Assembly: GCF_000315625.1 (NCBI RefSeq)
Contig: NW_005434613.1
Coordinates: 209,309 to 273,308, forward strand
Origin: Guillardia theta CCMP2712
Taxonomy: Eukaryota; Protista; Cryptophyta
Direction of reading: 5' to 3'
DNA length: 64,000 nt
The notes beneath the pieces are model-generated. The model saw only the letters and a program-made list of their open reading frames with translations. It made no database searches and was not told the DNA's origin. Made by a program: the position numbers and the translations under genes. This document shows positions 50,388 to 62,228 of the stretch, one piece after another. Each line of letters opens with the position of its first letter. The first letter of the stretch is position 1.

Positions 50388-50778
50388 NNNNNNNNNNNNN
50401 NNNNNNNNNNNNNNNNNNNNNNNNNNNNNNNNNNNNNNNNNNNNNNNNNNNNNNNNNNNNNNNNNNNNNNNNNNNNNNNNNNNNNNNNNNNNNNNNNNNN
50501 NNNNNNNNNNNNNNNNNNNNNNNNNNNNNNNNNNNNNNNNNNNNNNNNNNNNNNNNNNNNNNNNNNNNNNNNNNNNNNNNNNNNNNNNNNNNNNNNNNNN
50601 NNNNNNNNNNNNNNNNNNNNNNNNNNNNNNNNNNNNNNNNNNNNNNNNNNNNNNNNNNNNNNNNNNNNNNNNNNNNNNNNNNNNNNNNNNNNNNNNNNNN
50701 NNNNNNNNNNNNNNNNNNNNNNNNNNNNNNNNNNNNNNNNNNNNNNNNNNNNNNNNNNNNNNNNNNNNNNNNNNNNNN
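50388..50778. other. Assembly gap
   Basis: Run of N. Confidence 1.
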
Positions 50779-50879
50779 CGTTGTTCTTCTTCTCGTTGTT
50801 TCAAGCACCGGGTCCGCGGGACCCCCATCATCATCTTGTTGTTCTGCAGAGGAAAACTGTGGAGGAGGAGGAGGGAGGT

Positions 50880-50910
<31 letters not shown>

Positions 50911-51256
50911 TGGATGGATGGAGAGACGGCGATGTGACGAAAAGTAAACAAACAAGAAGAAAGAACGAGAGAGATGAGATAGGGAGAAGATGAGGAGAAC
51001 AAAGGTTGAAAATCCAAAGGGAAAGCATGTCCAGATGACCTTGCTTGGTCTCTCGTTGTGTCGTTTATCGGCATGGATTCGTAGCTTGTTGGGTCGATAG
51101 ATCCAATGGCGCAGTGTCATCTTGATAGCTCCTAGGCTCGAACATACGCATGAACCGCAATCCATCTTGCTGTATTGGATGTGCTCTGAGATGAGGAACA
51201 GAGTTCTATTGTGTTAATGCATTCCTTGCATTGCCTAACTAAACAAGTTTTGGAAG

Positions 51257-52858
51257 ATGTCGAGCTTCAGGAAGTTCTTGAGATTCGGAGTTGTCTCCGC
51301 TGCCTCCCTCTCTGCGTGCTCAGCGTCTGCACACACTGCCGGTAATCTATGCTTCTATCCTATCCCTCAACTGGTTCCGGGCTTTCTCACTCCCCATCAT
51401 CCTTCAAAGCACGCACTCGTTGATGTCCCCTTCGCTCCCAATCACTCCTAGCTGCAGGAAAGATCGCAAAGATCTCCGGTGCTGCCTCCGTGTCTCAGCT
51501 TCGCCGTTTTGATGGCGTGAACAAGCTCTCTGCCGCCGCTGGTTGGCAGCATTGCGGTGGTTACTTCGCTCTTGTTGACACGTTGGCAGGTCTTCGTGCC
51601 ATGTCTCTCCGTGGAGGAGCCGCCATGGCGAAGGAGGGAGATGCTGTCCCTTCGGTTGACACTGCTCCTGCCGCCTTCCTCCTTGCCTGACGAGCGTCAC
51701 CTTGTGTGTCAGGTTGTCTTCAAGTGCCGCGTGCGTGACAACTCGATGACCAACACGGCCAACCCCTTCACCTGGAAGGACGTGAAGAGCGAGGATCTGT
51801 TCAAGGGCAAGGTGATGAGATCGGAACCAGAGCATGGCGAGCTGCCTGCTGTTGTTGACACGGTCGAGCGCAGAGGGTCGTTGTCTTCGCTCTCCCTGGA
51901 GCCTTCACTCCCACCTGCTCCAGCACCCACCTGCCCGGGTACGAGAAGCACTACGACGAGATCAAGAAGGTGGAGGATGTCTGCCTGCATGAGGAGCAAG
52001 TGACGGTCGTTGTGCTCGCCAGTGCGGAGTCGACGAGGTCTACTGCTTGTCTGTCAACGATGCCTTCGTCATGCGCCAGTGGGGCCTTGCCCAGGTTGGT
52101 GGAGGAGGAGGGAAGGAGACGGGATGGGGAGGAGAAGAGAAGAGGGGAGGAGACGAGCGGGTCTGACTTGTTTGCAAGGGATGCGAGGAGGAGAAGACCT
52201 CCACTGAGAACCCCCTCAACCCAGGTTGTTTCCCGCATCAAAAAGAGTCAGCGTGCTCGGGGGATGACACGACCTGCAGGAAACTTCAAGAAGGTCAAGC
52301 TCCTTCCTGACGGCGCCTGGTAAGAGAGCTGACGGTCTTTTTCCTCGTTCATGTTCTCTTGACTGGTTGTGAGCGCAGCTTGTTCACCCGCGGAATGGGA
52401 ATGAGCTGCGTCTGGGACTCTGAGAGAGGATTCGGAGAGCGATCCTGGAGGTCTCCTCCTCCTCCCCCTCCTCCTCTTCCTCCTCAATTCTTCTCCCCTC
52501 CCTCCCCCTCCCCCTCCTGCTCCTCCTCCTCGTTCTCTTCCTCCCTACCCCCTCTCCTCTTCCTACCACTACCACGATCAGTCACAGAGTTGGTGCTGAC
52601 ATGTGGCGAGTGCAGGTACAGTGTCGTCATCAATGACATGAAGGTCGAGAAGATCTTCGTCGAGGCTGGACAAGTGAACCAGGTGACTATCGCGCCCTCC
52701 CCTCTTGCTCCTTCCGCTGATTTCACTCGACAGAACTCCGGCCCCGATCCCTTCGAGGCAATCCCTTGGCAAGAGCCTGTTCCTCCTCCTGACGTATTGT
52801 GCTGCAGGTGTCTGACGCCGGTACCATGCTCGGGTACCTCCAGTCTGCCAAGAAGTGA
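51257..52858 (+). CDS. Type II peroxiredoxin (Prx5/PrxII, redoxin family) with N-terminal targeting extension; multi-exon
   Basis: Spliced sequence [28 protein letters not shown]...[14 protein letters not shown]...LLPDG...FTRGMGM...[15 protein letters not shown]...[12 protein letters not shown]. Confidence 0.95.
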
Positions 52859-53499
52859 GAGTGACATGTGCCGAGATGCTTGAGGTCGTTGTAGCCAGCT
52901 ACGTTATGATGTGAAATGAAAGATGGCGCATCATCAGCCTGCTGACTTGGCTCCTTCAAGCATGTTGGATGGGAGGGAGCAAGGGAGGAGGTACGAGATC
53001 CTCAACTCCTCCCTTGCCCCTTCCAACTTTGGTGTTGGATGAGGTGAAGGTGGAGGAATCAGAGGGGGTGGGAGACTTGAACGATTATATACCTGTACAA
53101 GTGCAAACGTTGAGATGTTGGTAGGGGGAGATGGGACATATTCTACAGGGAGCACAAACAAAACGTCATCTGACACCGTTGTCAAGGCCTTTGAGCAGCG
53201 ACTGCGCCGTTTCCTGCTCCAGGCTTGCAGCAAGAAACACATGGGCGAAGAATTGAGAAGCCAGGACGAGGGCCGATGAATCGACTCTCTCGTCCACCCC
53301 TGAAGCTCCTCGTTAATTCTCCATCCTCCGTCTCCGTGATCCTCCACATTCTCCTTTCCACCTTCGTGCATCTCCACCAGAACCGTACCCGTACCCACAC
53401 TCGTCCCTTCCTCCCCGCTCCTTCCTCTCTCCTTGTATTTCTTCCCTGGCAATCCTCCGCTCGCTCTACCACCTCCCAACCCCCTCCGTATCCTGCCCG

Positions 53500-55880
53500 A
53501 CTTTCTCACCCTCTCTGCCTATCCGTCTCCTCGTTCTCAACCTCTCCCTCTCGTCACCGTGGATGGTTGCAAGATCTTCAGGCGTCCAGATGAAGGGGTT
53601 GTACTTGTAGATTCTGCCTGCTGCGATCTCATGGTAATGGCGCGAGTCAGAGAGAGCGATGAAGAGCGAAGGCGAGATGACAACGTCCCCTTGCGTCGCT
53701 CTGTACACCAAGCTCATTCCACCACCACCTCCTCCTCCTCTTCATCCACCACCACCCCTTCCTCCTCCTCCTCCTCCTCCTCCTCCTCCTCCNNNNNNNN
53801 NNNNNNNNNNNNNNNNNNNNNNNNNNNNNNNNNNNNNNNNNNNNNNNNNNNNNNNNNNNNNNNNNNNNNNNNNNNNNNNNNNNNNNNNNNNNTTTCCCTT
53901 CCTCCCCTCCCCTTCCTCCCCTCCCCTTCCTCCCCTTTCCTTCCTCCCCTTCTCTTCCTCCCCTTCCCTTCCTCCCTGTCCCGTATCCCCCCCCCTTCAA
54001 TTCCACTTTCTTCACCCGCACACTCTCCCTCACCTTCAGCTTCGGATCATCCGCCAGGCGTCTGTCGAGCTCCAACACCTCCTCCACCTCGTCTCCCGTC
54101 ACCAGCCGATGGTTGATCGTGGCACTGGCTGTCTTCGGCAGGGCAGTAGAGGAGAACCCTCCTTGAGCCAGCGTGACAGCAGTCGTCGTGCGGAACATCG
54201 TGGCAAGTTTCTCGTCCACGGTCGAGAGCAGGGCGACGGTCCCTCGGAAGAAGGAGGTCCTCTTCAGCAGGAATCCTACAGGCCATGGCATGTGGGGAGA
54301 AAGAGTCCACAGCATCTGCTTCACAGGTAGCGGATGCCGCGCACGAGCTCTGTGCTCTTGTATCCTCGTCACTGCGCGTGCGACCCTCGCGATCGACGTC
54401 CCGGCCGAGGGGGGGTAGGAGGCGTGGCCTCCGGTCCCGTTGCTCTCGATCAGGACACAGGCGATCCCCTTCTCAGCTGTCCCGATGAGGGCGAGGTTGA
54501 AGCGCTTGTTAACCGAGGACGGGTTCGCCTTCATGGTTGGGTTTCCCTCATCCAGTACGAACTCGAGCTCTCCAAACTCCCCTCCCTTCCTCCTCAAGTG
54601 TTCCACGATCTTCTTTTGCCCTAGCATCCCTCCTACCTCCTCGTCGTGCCCGATCGCAAACAGCAGCTGCCGGCTCCTCCTCCAGCCCTCTGGCCGCTGC
54701 AGCAGCATCTCTGCCGCATGCAGCATGGTCACGCAGTAGGACTTCATATCAAGAGCTCCCCTTCCCCAAACTTGTCTGCAGAAGGAGCAGCGCACGGCGA
54801 GCAAAGGACAACATGTCAGCCAACAGCACAACCATCCTCCTTCGTCTCTTCTCCTCACTCCTCTATCATGTTCCTCTGCCGCCTCCTCCTCCTCCTCCTC
54901 CTCCTCCTCCTCCACCACCACCACCACCACCACCACCACCATCAACATCAATATACAACACCTTCACCTCCTCCTCCATAACCACTGGGCCAACATAAAA
55001 ATCTCACCCTTGATAAATTTCCCCGGAGAACGGACCGCACGTCGAGCAGTTGTGGTTCTTGCCCCACAAGCTCACCGTCTCCTCCTCCACAGGAGCCACA
55101 TCAAGGTGGCACATGACCAGCGCCGGTCGTGGGCGAGCGCCGCTGCTCTGAGTCGTGGAGGGGAGGGAAAGGAGAAGACTGTAGTCACTGACAGTCTCTA
55201 CTTCCTGCAGCAGATCAACCATCGTCAGCAGCGGCAGGCAAGGGAGGGAGAGTGGAACTAACGGAGAGCTCGAACAACTTGGGGAAGAACCTTCAAGGTG
55301 CGGGACAAGTCAGACCGAGGAGGGCAGGGAAACAAGCTTGTTCACCTCCGCAGCAGCTCGTGCGATCTCCTCAGGTTCCTCCTCGCCTCTTCGCTCAAGT
55401 GATGCTGCTCGCTCTTGTTCGAGATGGTGTTCAGCTGCGCGAGGGGGTCAGGCTGTCAACCATCCCGTGAAGGATCAAGGGTTGCCTGGAGGAGACTAGA
55501 AACCATCTGGGCTAGACGTTCCTCATCGAAACGAGGGATATGGCCCTGTGATGAAAAGCTGTCACCTTCCCCTCAAGTCGTCGTCAATGATGGTAACGCG
55601 ATCACTGCTGCCCCTTATCGCAAGGGAGAGGGACAGAGAAAACGAGGATGGGGGGTAGAGGGAAGGAGAAGGAGAAGGAGAGAGGACGAGTGGGAGGGAG
55701 GAGGAGGAAAGGAGGAGGAGGAGAAGGAGGAGGAGGAGAAGGAGGAGGAGAAGGAGGAAGAGGAGGGAGGGAGGGAGACTACGTCCGTACCTTGAGATTT
55801 GCCAAGTCCATCTCAACGGGAGAGTACGACTGGAAGTCTCTCGGTTCCATGAAGACGATGGCTGTAGGGATCAATCAAGG
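53500..55880 (-). CDS. M20 family metallopeptidase (PM20D1 / Gly-X carboxypeptidase-like); multi-exon, spans a gap
   Basis: CHLDVAP, WGRGALDMK, GHDEEVGG, FVLDEG, AEKG, GGHASYP, TINHR, SDSRHY, TIHG. Both ends are approximate. Confidence 0.9.
53793..53892. other. Assembly gap
   Basis: Run of N. Confidence 1.
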
Positions 55881-57479
55881 TATCCATCTTTCCTCACCAA
55901 CACCCACTGCCTCCACTATCCCTCTTCATCCTCGTCTCTTTCAACTTCCTCAGTTCCGATGCTGAGCAGCCCTCGTGTCATCCACCATCGTCTACATTCC
56001 AGTGCTCCCCCCTTGCTTCCTCTGCCCACTTGCTTCCTTTCCGATCCGACTGCTCTTGTTCACTGCTCGCTGCACTCCTTGACCTCTTCGGTCTCCTCTC
56101 CCACATCTCGTCACTACCATGCTCTTCCATAATCGACTTCTTCTGCATTCTCCTACAATCTTTCACCCTCTCCGTATGCTTTCATGTCATCCCACTGCCC
56201 TTCTCTTTCCTTACTCCCCCCAGTCCCTCCAGATCCCCCAGTCCCCTCCTCCCTCCCCATCATCATCCTTCTCCCCATCATCCTCCCTCCTCCACCACCA
56301 CTCACCGATCGCCATGGCCACCATCGCCGCTATCATCGCTCCTTTCTCCGCCATGCTCCCCTTGCCTAAAGGGATTGCGCCTTTACTGATTTCAAAAACT
56401 GCTTATTTTAATTTGTACCGATATTCCTAATGACTAAACAGAATTTGTACTTTCATATCATTTGTAGTCCTGGGAAGCACTGGCATTATAGTACACTTTT
56501 CAGATATAATGGTACAGTAATAATTACTTATTCGACACTTATTATTGTTTTTGCTCAGTTGGTCACTCCGACTGGTTCCGGGCATCAGCCTGGCTACCTC
56601 CGTTGAAAGTACCCCACAAATCCCAGGGAAAAGTAGGGGTATATTAAAAACGGTCGTAACTGGATTCAAGTTTCATGATATGAAATTAAATTTTAGATGA
56701 ACATTTCAAATGATTCTGCTGCCTCACGGCAGGGATAGAAGCATCACTACGTCATTTAGCTGCCCCAAATTCTTAAAACCCTTTTAGAAGTATGTTTGTT
56801 GTGATTCGTACAAGATTAAAAATATCAATTTTAGTTATATATGGAGTATATATCCATTTACTTATATAACTTGTAAAGATATGCTTTTGTACAGATTTGT
56901 TATTTCAATATAGTTCCATAATAGTAAAAGCACAATACTGCCTGTGTATAGCCCTTTGGGTGCAGGTCAAATCATTTTGGTTTCAGAGTTGATTCATGTT
57001 AAAACACAATTTGAAATTATGACTTTCATTTTTGAAATATTCAAACTAAAAAGCTCGTGTGGAGGAATATAAAAATATTTTTATTGGAGGCTATTATGGG
57101 GTGATTTAACTGAACATTTATATAGAGTATCTAAATTTGGTTTTTTATGCGATCCCTTCAAAAGTATATAAAAGTGCTTATTACAATGTTGTAAACACTG
57201 GGTATGACAAAAGCTTCGGCGGCAATGGCAGGGAGGCAGAAGGAGCCGAGGAACGATGGGCATGGCGAGAAGGGATGGAGGATGAACGTCGCAAGTTGAA
57301 GATGTCACCACGTTGTAGGAGCAGGAACCAAAGAAGGAGCTGGAGCAGGAGCTGGAGCTACAAGAGCAGGAGGAGCAGGAGCAGATTTTGGAGGCACAGA
57401 GGAGTCGTAGATCAGGAGAAGCAAGGGCAGGAGTAGCGTGAGGGAAACAGTACCGTACATGGAAATGCATTGGGATTTC

Positions 57480-60400
57480 AGAAGGATACGCTTGTAAGGC
57501 AGAAGTATATGCCATGCAGTGCTGCTGTCCAGGAGCGCTTGTGGCACTGGTGGGTTTGCAAGTGCCCCCTTGTAAAGAGTCGACAATTGACAGTCTGATG
57601 AGACATGTCGATCGAAGGTGGAGGATTCCTTGCAATCTTTGCATATTGTTTTTGTTAGAGTCAAAATTATTCATCACTTCGTTGTTAGACAATCGTTCGA
57701 TCCATCCATCCATCCATCCATCCATCCATTGCTTTGGTTTCCGTGCTGCTCACTGACACTCTCTCGTGGTAGAGTGGAACACTCTGGAGATGCCTGCCGA
57801 CAAGAGCAAGCAGCATCACGCTCTTATCAACAATGTGATTCTTCCCTTTTGAACCCTGCGGTCCTTGTTTGCTAAGTGGAATTTGCTCTGTTGCAGGCGA
57901 TATTCTTTGCGGTCGCTGCTGCCATTCCTGCTGTCTTGGGAAGGAAGTTTGGTACACTCTTGAACCCTTGTTATGAACTCAGCCTGACCGATGTTGCAGA
58001 TGGACTTGCCGTCTTGCCGTTACTCTACGTGACGACGGTACGATTGCTGCGTCTGATTGAAGGATCCACTCACTTCTAATCTCTTGATATTTGTTGCTTG
58101 TGACTTTCTCCCCTGCAGTTCCGCATCCGCAAAGCGTTCCTGTACTTTGCAGCTTTTCCGCTCGTTTGCGTCGCGATTTGTGCTGTAGGTGAGAGCTCGG
58201 CATCGGTTTTGATTCCCGCAGCTGACGAACATGGACCTTCAGACAAGCGCTGGGATCTCAACAACATCAACCTCGAAGATGGATACAAGTTTGTTGCACC
58301 CATCCTCGTCTCTGTCGTGCTCCACTACGCGGGTGCTTTCATGGCATCGGACTGGAGGGTGACCTCTCGGTACAGCCCTTGACCCCTCGACCATTCGGCG
58401 ATTTACCTGGTTGAACAGTGCGGCATTAGACGAATTCTCCGAGTCGGTCTCCGGCTTCTTGGACAGAAAGTGCTACAAGGAAAAGTCTTGGCCTTCGCTC
58501 TTTTACATGAAGGCCGAAAGGGTTAGAATCCCTCGAACTGTACCCGAAGGACTCTCTTGACCCTTCCGTACCCAGGTGCTGATCTCGTTTGTGTGCATCT
58601 TGAAGATCATTCTTGCCGTCGCTTTTCTCGTCTTCTTTCTTGTTTTCAACGGGGTACGCACTCCTACGGAACTGCCCTCGGGGCTGACGTTTCCGAAGAT
58701 CCCCTCGGATGTTGTGGGATGCAGCGCTACGGATCCGAAGGCAGAATCCTATCTACGGATGTGGCTCTGGGCCTTTTATGGTACGTTGCTCCTCTCAAAA
58801 TTATCCTTAGTCGCTGAGACGCTTCGGCTACAGCGATCGTGTGCGCCACCGAGGTTATGTACCATATGGCTCTATACATGTCCAACCAGATCAGGTCCAC
58901 CTGACGATGTTTTCTTCTCCTACATCGTTGATCGTGGTGTGAAGCTGTGCTGTTCCTGGATCGTTCACCATGGCGGTGTTGCAGCCTACGTACTGGCAGG
59001 TAGATCTGGTGAACATGCCTCCTCCCTCCTCGTGACCAGGTGGTTCATAGTGGTATTTCATCGCTTCCTACGCCCCGTCCAGGGGCCTCTGGATCCCTAT
59101 CCTCACTGAATGTAATCCCTGCCTCTTGCTCGCTCGGCTGACCTCCGCGAGCAGCTCTGCGCACGTGCTCTGTGAGCTTCTTCCGCATGCAGGTCGGTGG
59201 GACGGCACGGTGTTGCCAGGGTCCTGATCTGCCTCGTTAGGACAAGGACGACGTTCTTGTCAGCCCTCTGATGTCGATGATCGAGTTCTTCCACGTGTTG
59301 CTCATGATCGCCCTTGGGGTCAGTGATCGTTACGTTTGCCTTGCGCTCCTCATCCTCTCTTGCCGCAGAAATTCTCCTCCTGCGCGTACCCGGACGCCAT
59401 GCTGTACCGCGAGCTCTTCCTCAGCTGCTTCTTCCTCTACAGCATGATCACCTTCAGGTCAGACGTCGAGCTCGTCTCCCTGCTGGGGTCGCTCGTCAGA
59501 GCTGCGGAGGTTCTGAGAGCCCATCCAGGTACAAGAAGTGGAGAACGTGGAGCAAGGCCAGGAAGCTCGTTCAAGCTCGACTCTACTTCCCAGTCCACCA
59601 CAAGGAGATCGAGTGCTACGTTCGCAAGTGGCAGAAAGGGATCAACCTGCCCGATGGAGGAGGCGACGTGGAGTTTCCCGAGGATCATCCTGCATGGAAG
59701 AAGTCCCATGGAAAGCCGAATGTTAAGTAGGACTTGCCTACTCAGACTTCTGTTGCTGACTCTTACTCCTCTCTCTACCTTGTTCTCTTCCTCTATCCTA
59801 TCCTATCCCTCCCTCTCCTTCTCTGTCCTTCTTCTTTCTCCCTCTCCCCCTCCCCTTTGCTCTCCTCAGGTATTTCCCTGAGCTATCAATCTCCCGCAAA
59901 GAGTCTCGCCCAGACTGGGGAAGTGAAGTGCCGAAGTTTGTGACCTTCGAGGTGACCAGCCCAGACAACTCATGACAGCCTCACCTCCTCCTTTATCTCC
60001 TCCTCCTTCATTTGCCACCACCACCACCACCACCACCTCATCCTCCTCCTCCTCCTTCTACTCCTCCTGCTTCGTCTCCTCTCTTCATCCCAAAGTTCAC
60101 CCTTAAAAACCTCGTTCCTACTATCCTCGACTCAAACGCCTCTGACAAGCCCCCCTTCTTCAGAGGAAGACTCAGATGCCTGGAGAGTGGATCTGCGTCG
60201 AGATCGGGACCGACGCTGGGGTCCTGCTGGATGAAAACGAGATGGACACTGGTCTCAAGGGTCAGTTCCGCGTTTTGCATCCTCTGGTCGACTCCAAGGG
60301 TGTGCTCGCCTACTGGGGAGACTTCGGGCCAGGCAAGCTGTTTGCGGCGAAGAGATACAAGAAGGATCCGGCGGGGGGATGGGACATGACAGTCCCCGGA

Positions 60401-62228
60401 GACGATGCGACGGAGGCGGAGCTCAGTGCAGCCAGGAATCGCCATGTTCGCCTCCTCAAGCCATACTTTCAGGACTGCCTGATGCAGGAGAAGGCGGCGG
60501 AGTTCGGTAGGGCCTTCAATAAGGTCGAAAACCTCCCGGTCCGCAAAGTCGAGCTGCTGCGAGCATGCGTGCTTGAGATGGAGTGGGACAGTGCCCTGCC
60601 GCANNNNNNNNNNNNNNNNNNNNNNNNNNNNNNNNNNNNNNNNNNNNNNNNNNNNNNNNNNNNNNNNNNNNNNNNNNNNNNNNNNNNNNNNNNNNNNNNN
60701 NNNNNNNNNNNNNNNNNNNNNNNNNNNNNNNNNNNNNNNNNNNNNNNNNNNNNNNNNNNNNNNNNNNNNNNNNNNNNNNNNNNNNNNNNNNNNNNNNNNN
60801 NNNNNNNNNNNNNNNNNNNNNNNNNNNNNNNNNNNNNNNNNNNNNNNNNNNNNNNNNNNNNNNNNNNNNNNNNNNNNNNNNNNNNNNNNNNNNNNNNNNN
60901 NNNNNNNNNNNNNNNNNNNNNNNNNNNNNNNNNNNNNNNNNNNNNNNNNNNNNNNNNNNNNNNNNNNNNNNNNNNNNNNNNNNNNNNNNNNTCATCATCA
61001 TTATCAATCTCCTCCTTGTCCTCTCCATCCACTCTTCCACCTCCTCCGTCCTTCCCCCCCCCCCCCTTCCCTCCTCCTCCTCCTCGGCCTCCTCTCCACG
61101 GAGACTGACCTTCTGCCGCAGTTCAACAACAATGAGTACGTTCCTGGGCAGCAGGCGGTGCAGAACACTCCCAACATGCTCTCCCTCTTCAGGTCCGCAG
61201 GAGGAAGGAGGGGACACCGACGAGCGGGGGAAGAGGAGGAGGAGGAAGCTAACGCTGCCCACAGCTACTTCCATTCCGATCGCCAGCTGCTCCTCTGTGA
61301 TGTGCAGGGCAAGAAGTACAAGTTTACAGACCCTCAGTTCCACTCGTCCGAGAAAGACTCGGCCGAGGATGACGACTACGAGGAGGCAAGTCTCCTCCTG
61401 CTTTGCCTACTCCCTAGCACTTTCCCAGCTGCTCTGCACCCCTCTCCCTCCTCCTGCTCTCCTACAACTCCTGCTCTCCTGCAACTCCTGTCTTCCTGTA
61501 TTATCTCCCTCTTCTTCCTGTCTATCCCTCTCCTCCTACCTCCCTCCCCCCCCCTTCTCCCTCTCTTCCCCTCGCCGTCTTGTCTCCTCACTCGGGTTCC
61601 AGGGCGAGCTTCGTGACTGGCTGCACTCGGACGGAGGTATCGAGATGATGAAGCGAGTAAGAGGCTCTCAGTTTGCGCCCCTTCTTTTCTGACTCAGCTG
61701 GAGGTTCTGGTGGGCCTGCACGAGCAGAAGTCCCTGCACGCGCTGTGTAACCGCGTCTGGCCGGAGAAGATGAGAGAGTTCAACAAGGAGGTGAGGAGCT
61801 GGAGCTGGAGCTGGAGAGGGGAGGAGGAGCAGAGGGGAGGAGGAACAGGGAGGGGGAGACGATGCTGACCGTTGAATAGGTTGAGCAGTGGAAGGAGGAT
61901 CCAGAGTTTAAGAAACTGGTGAGAAAGGAGGAGAGGAAAGGAGGGGAGCGGGGAAGAGGGGAAACGAGAGACTGGCCGTGACATTGACGTTCATCGGGCA
62001 GCTGGAGCAGTGGGAGAAGGAGGCGAGGCTGTACCGCAAGTACTTCGCCAACCTCAACCCTGTGCTGGACGCGGGTGTGGGCGGCATGGCAGGTGGAGTG
62101 GAGCTGGGAGGGAATTTGCGGGGTTTGACAGGGTGGCAGACATGGAGGAGGAGCTGGACGAGGCGATGAAGTCAAGCCTGATGTCTGTGCCTACTAGTCA
62201 GGCCCGTAGTGGATCCGTCCAGCGATGA
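57480..62228 (+). CDS. Multi-pass membrane protein fused to a C-terminal alpha-kinase (eEF2K/MHCK family); multi-exon, spans a gap
   Basis: Kinase motifs G.FR, FAAKRYK, YFQDCLMQEKAAEFGRAFN, FNNN, LLLCDVQG, FTDPQFHS. Upstream hydrophobic exons join in frame via exons 59529-59726, 59870-59951 and 60164 onward. Ends are approximate. Confidence 0.78.
60604..60991. other. Assembly gap
   Basis: Run of N inside the kinase gene. Confidence 1.

Noticed and set aside
50326-51165. Long ORFs containing X runs
   Set aside because: They are open only because they cross N gaps.
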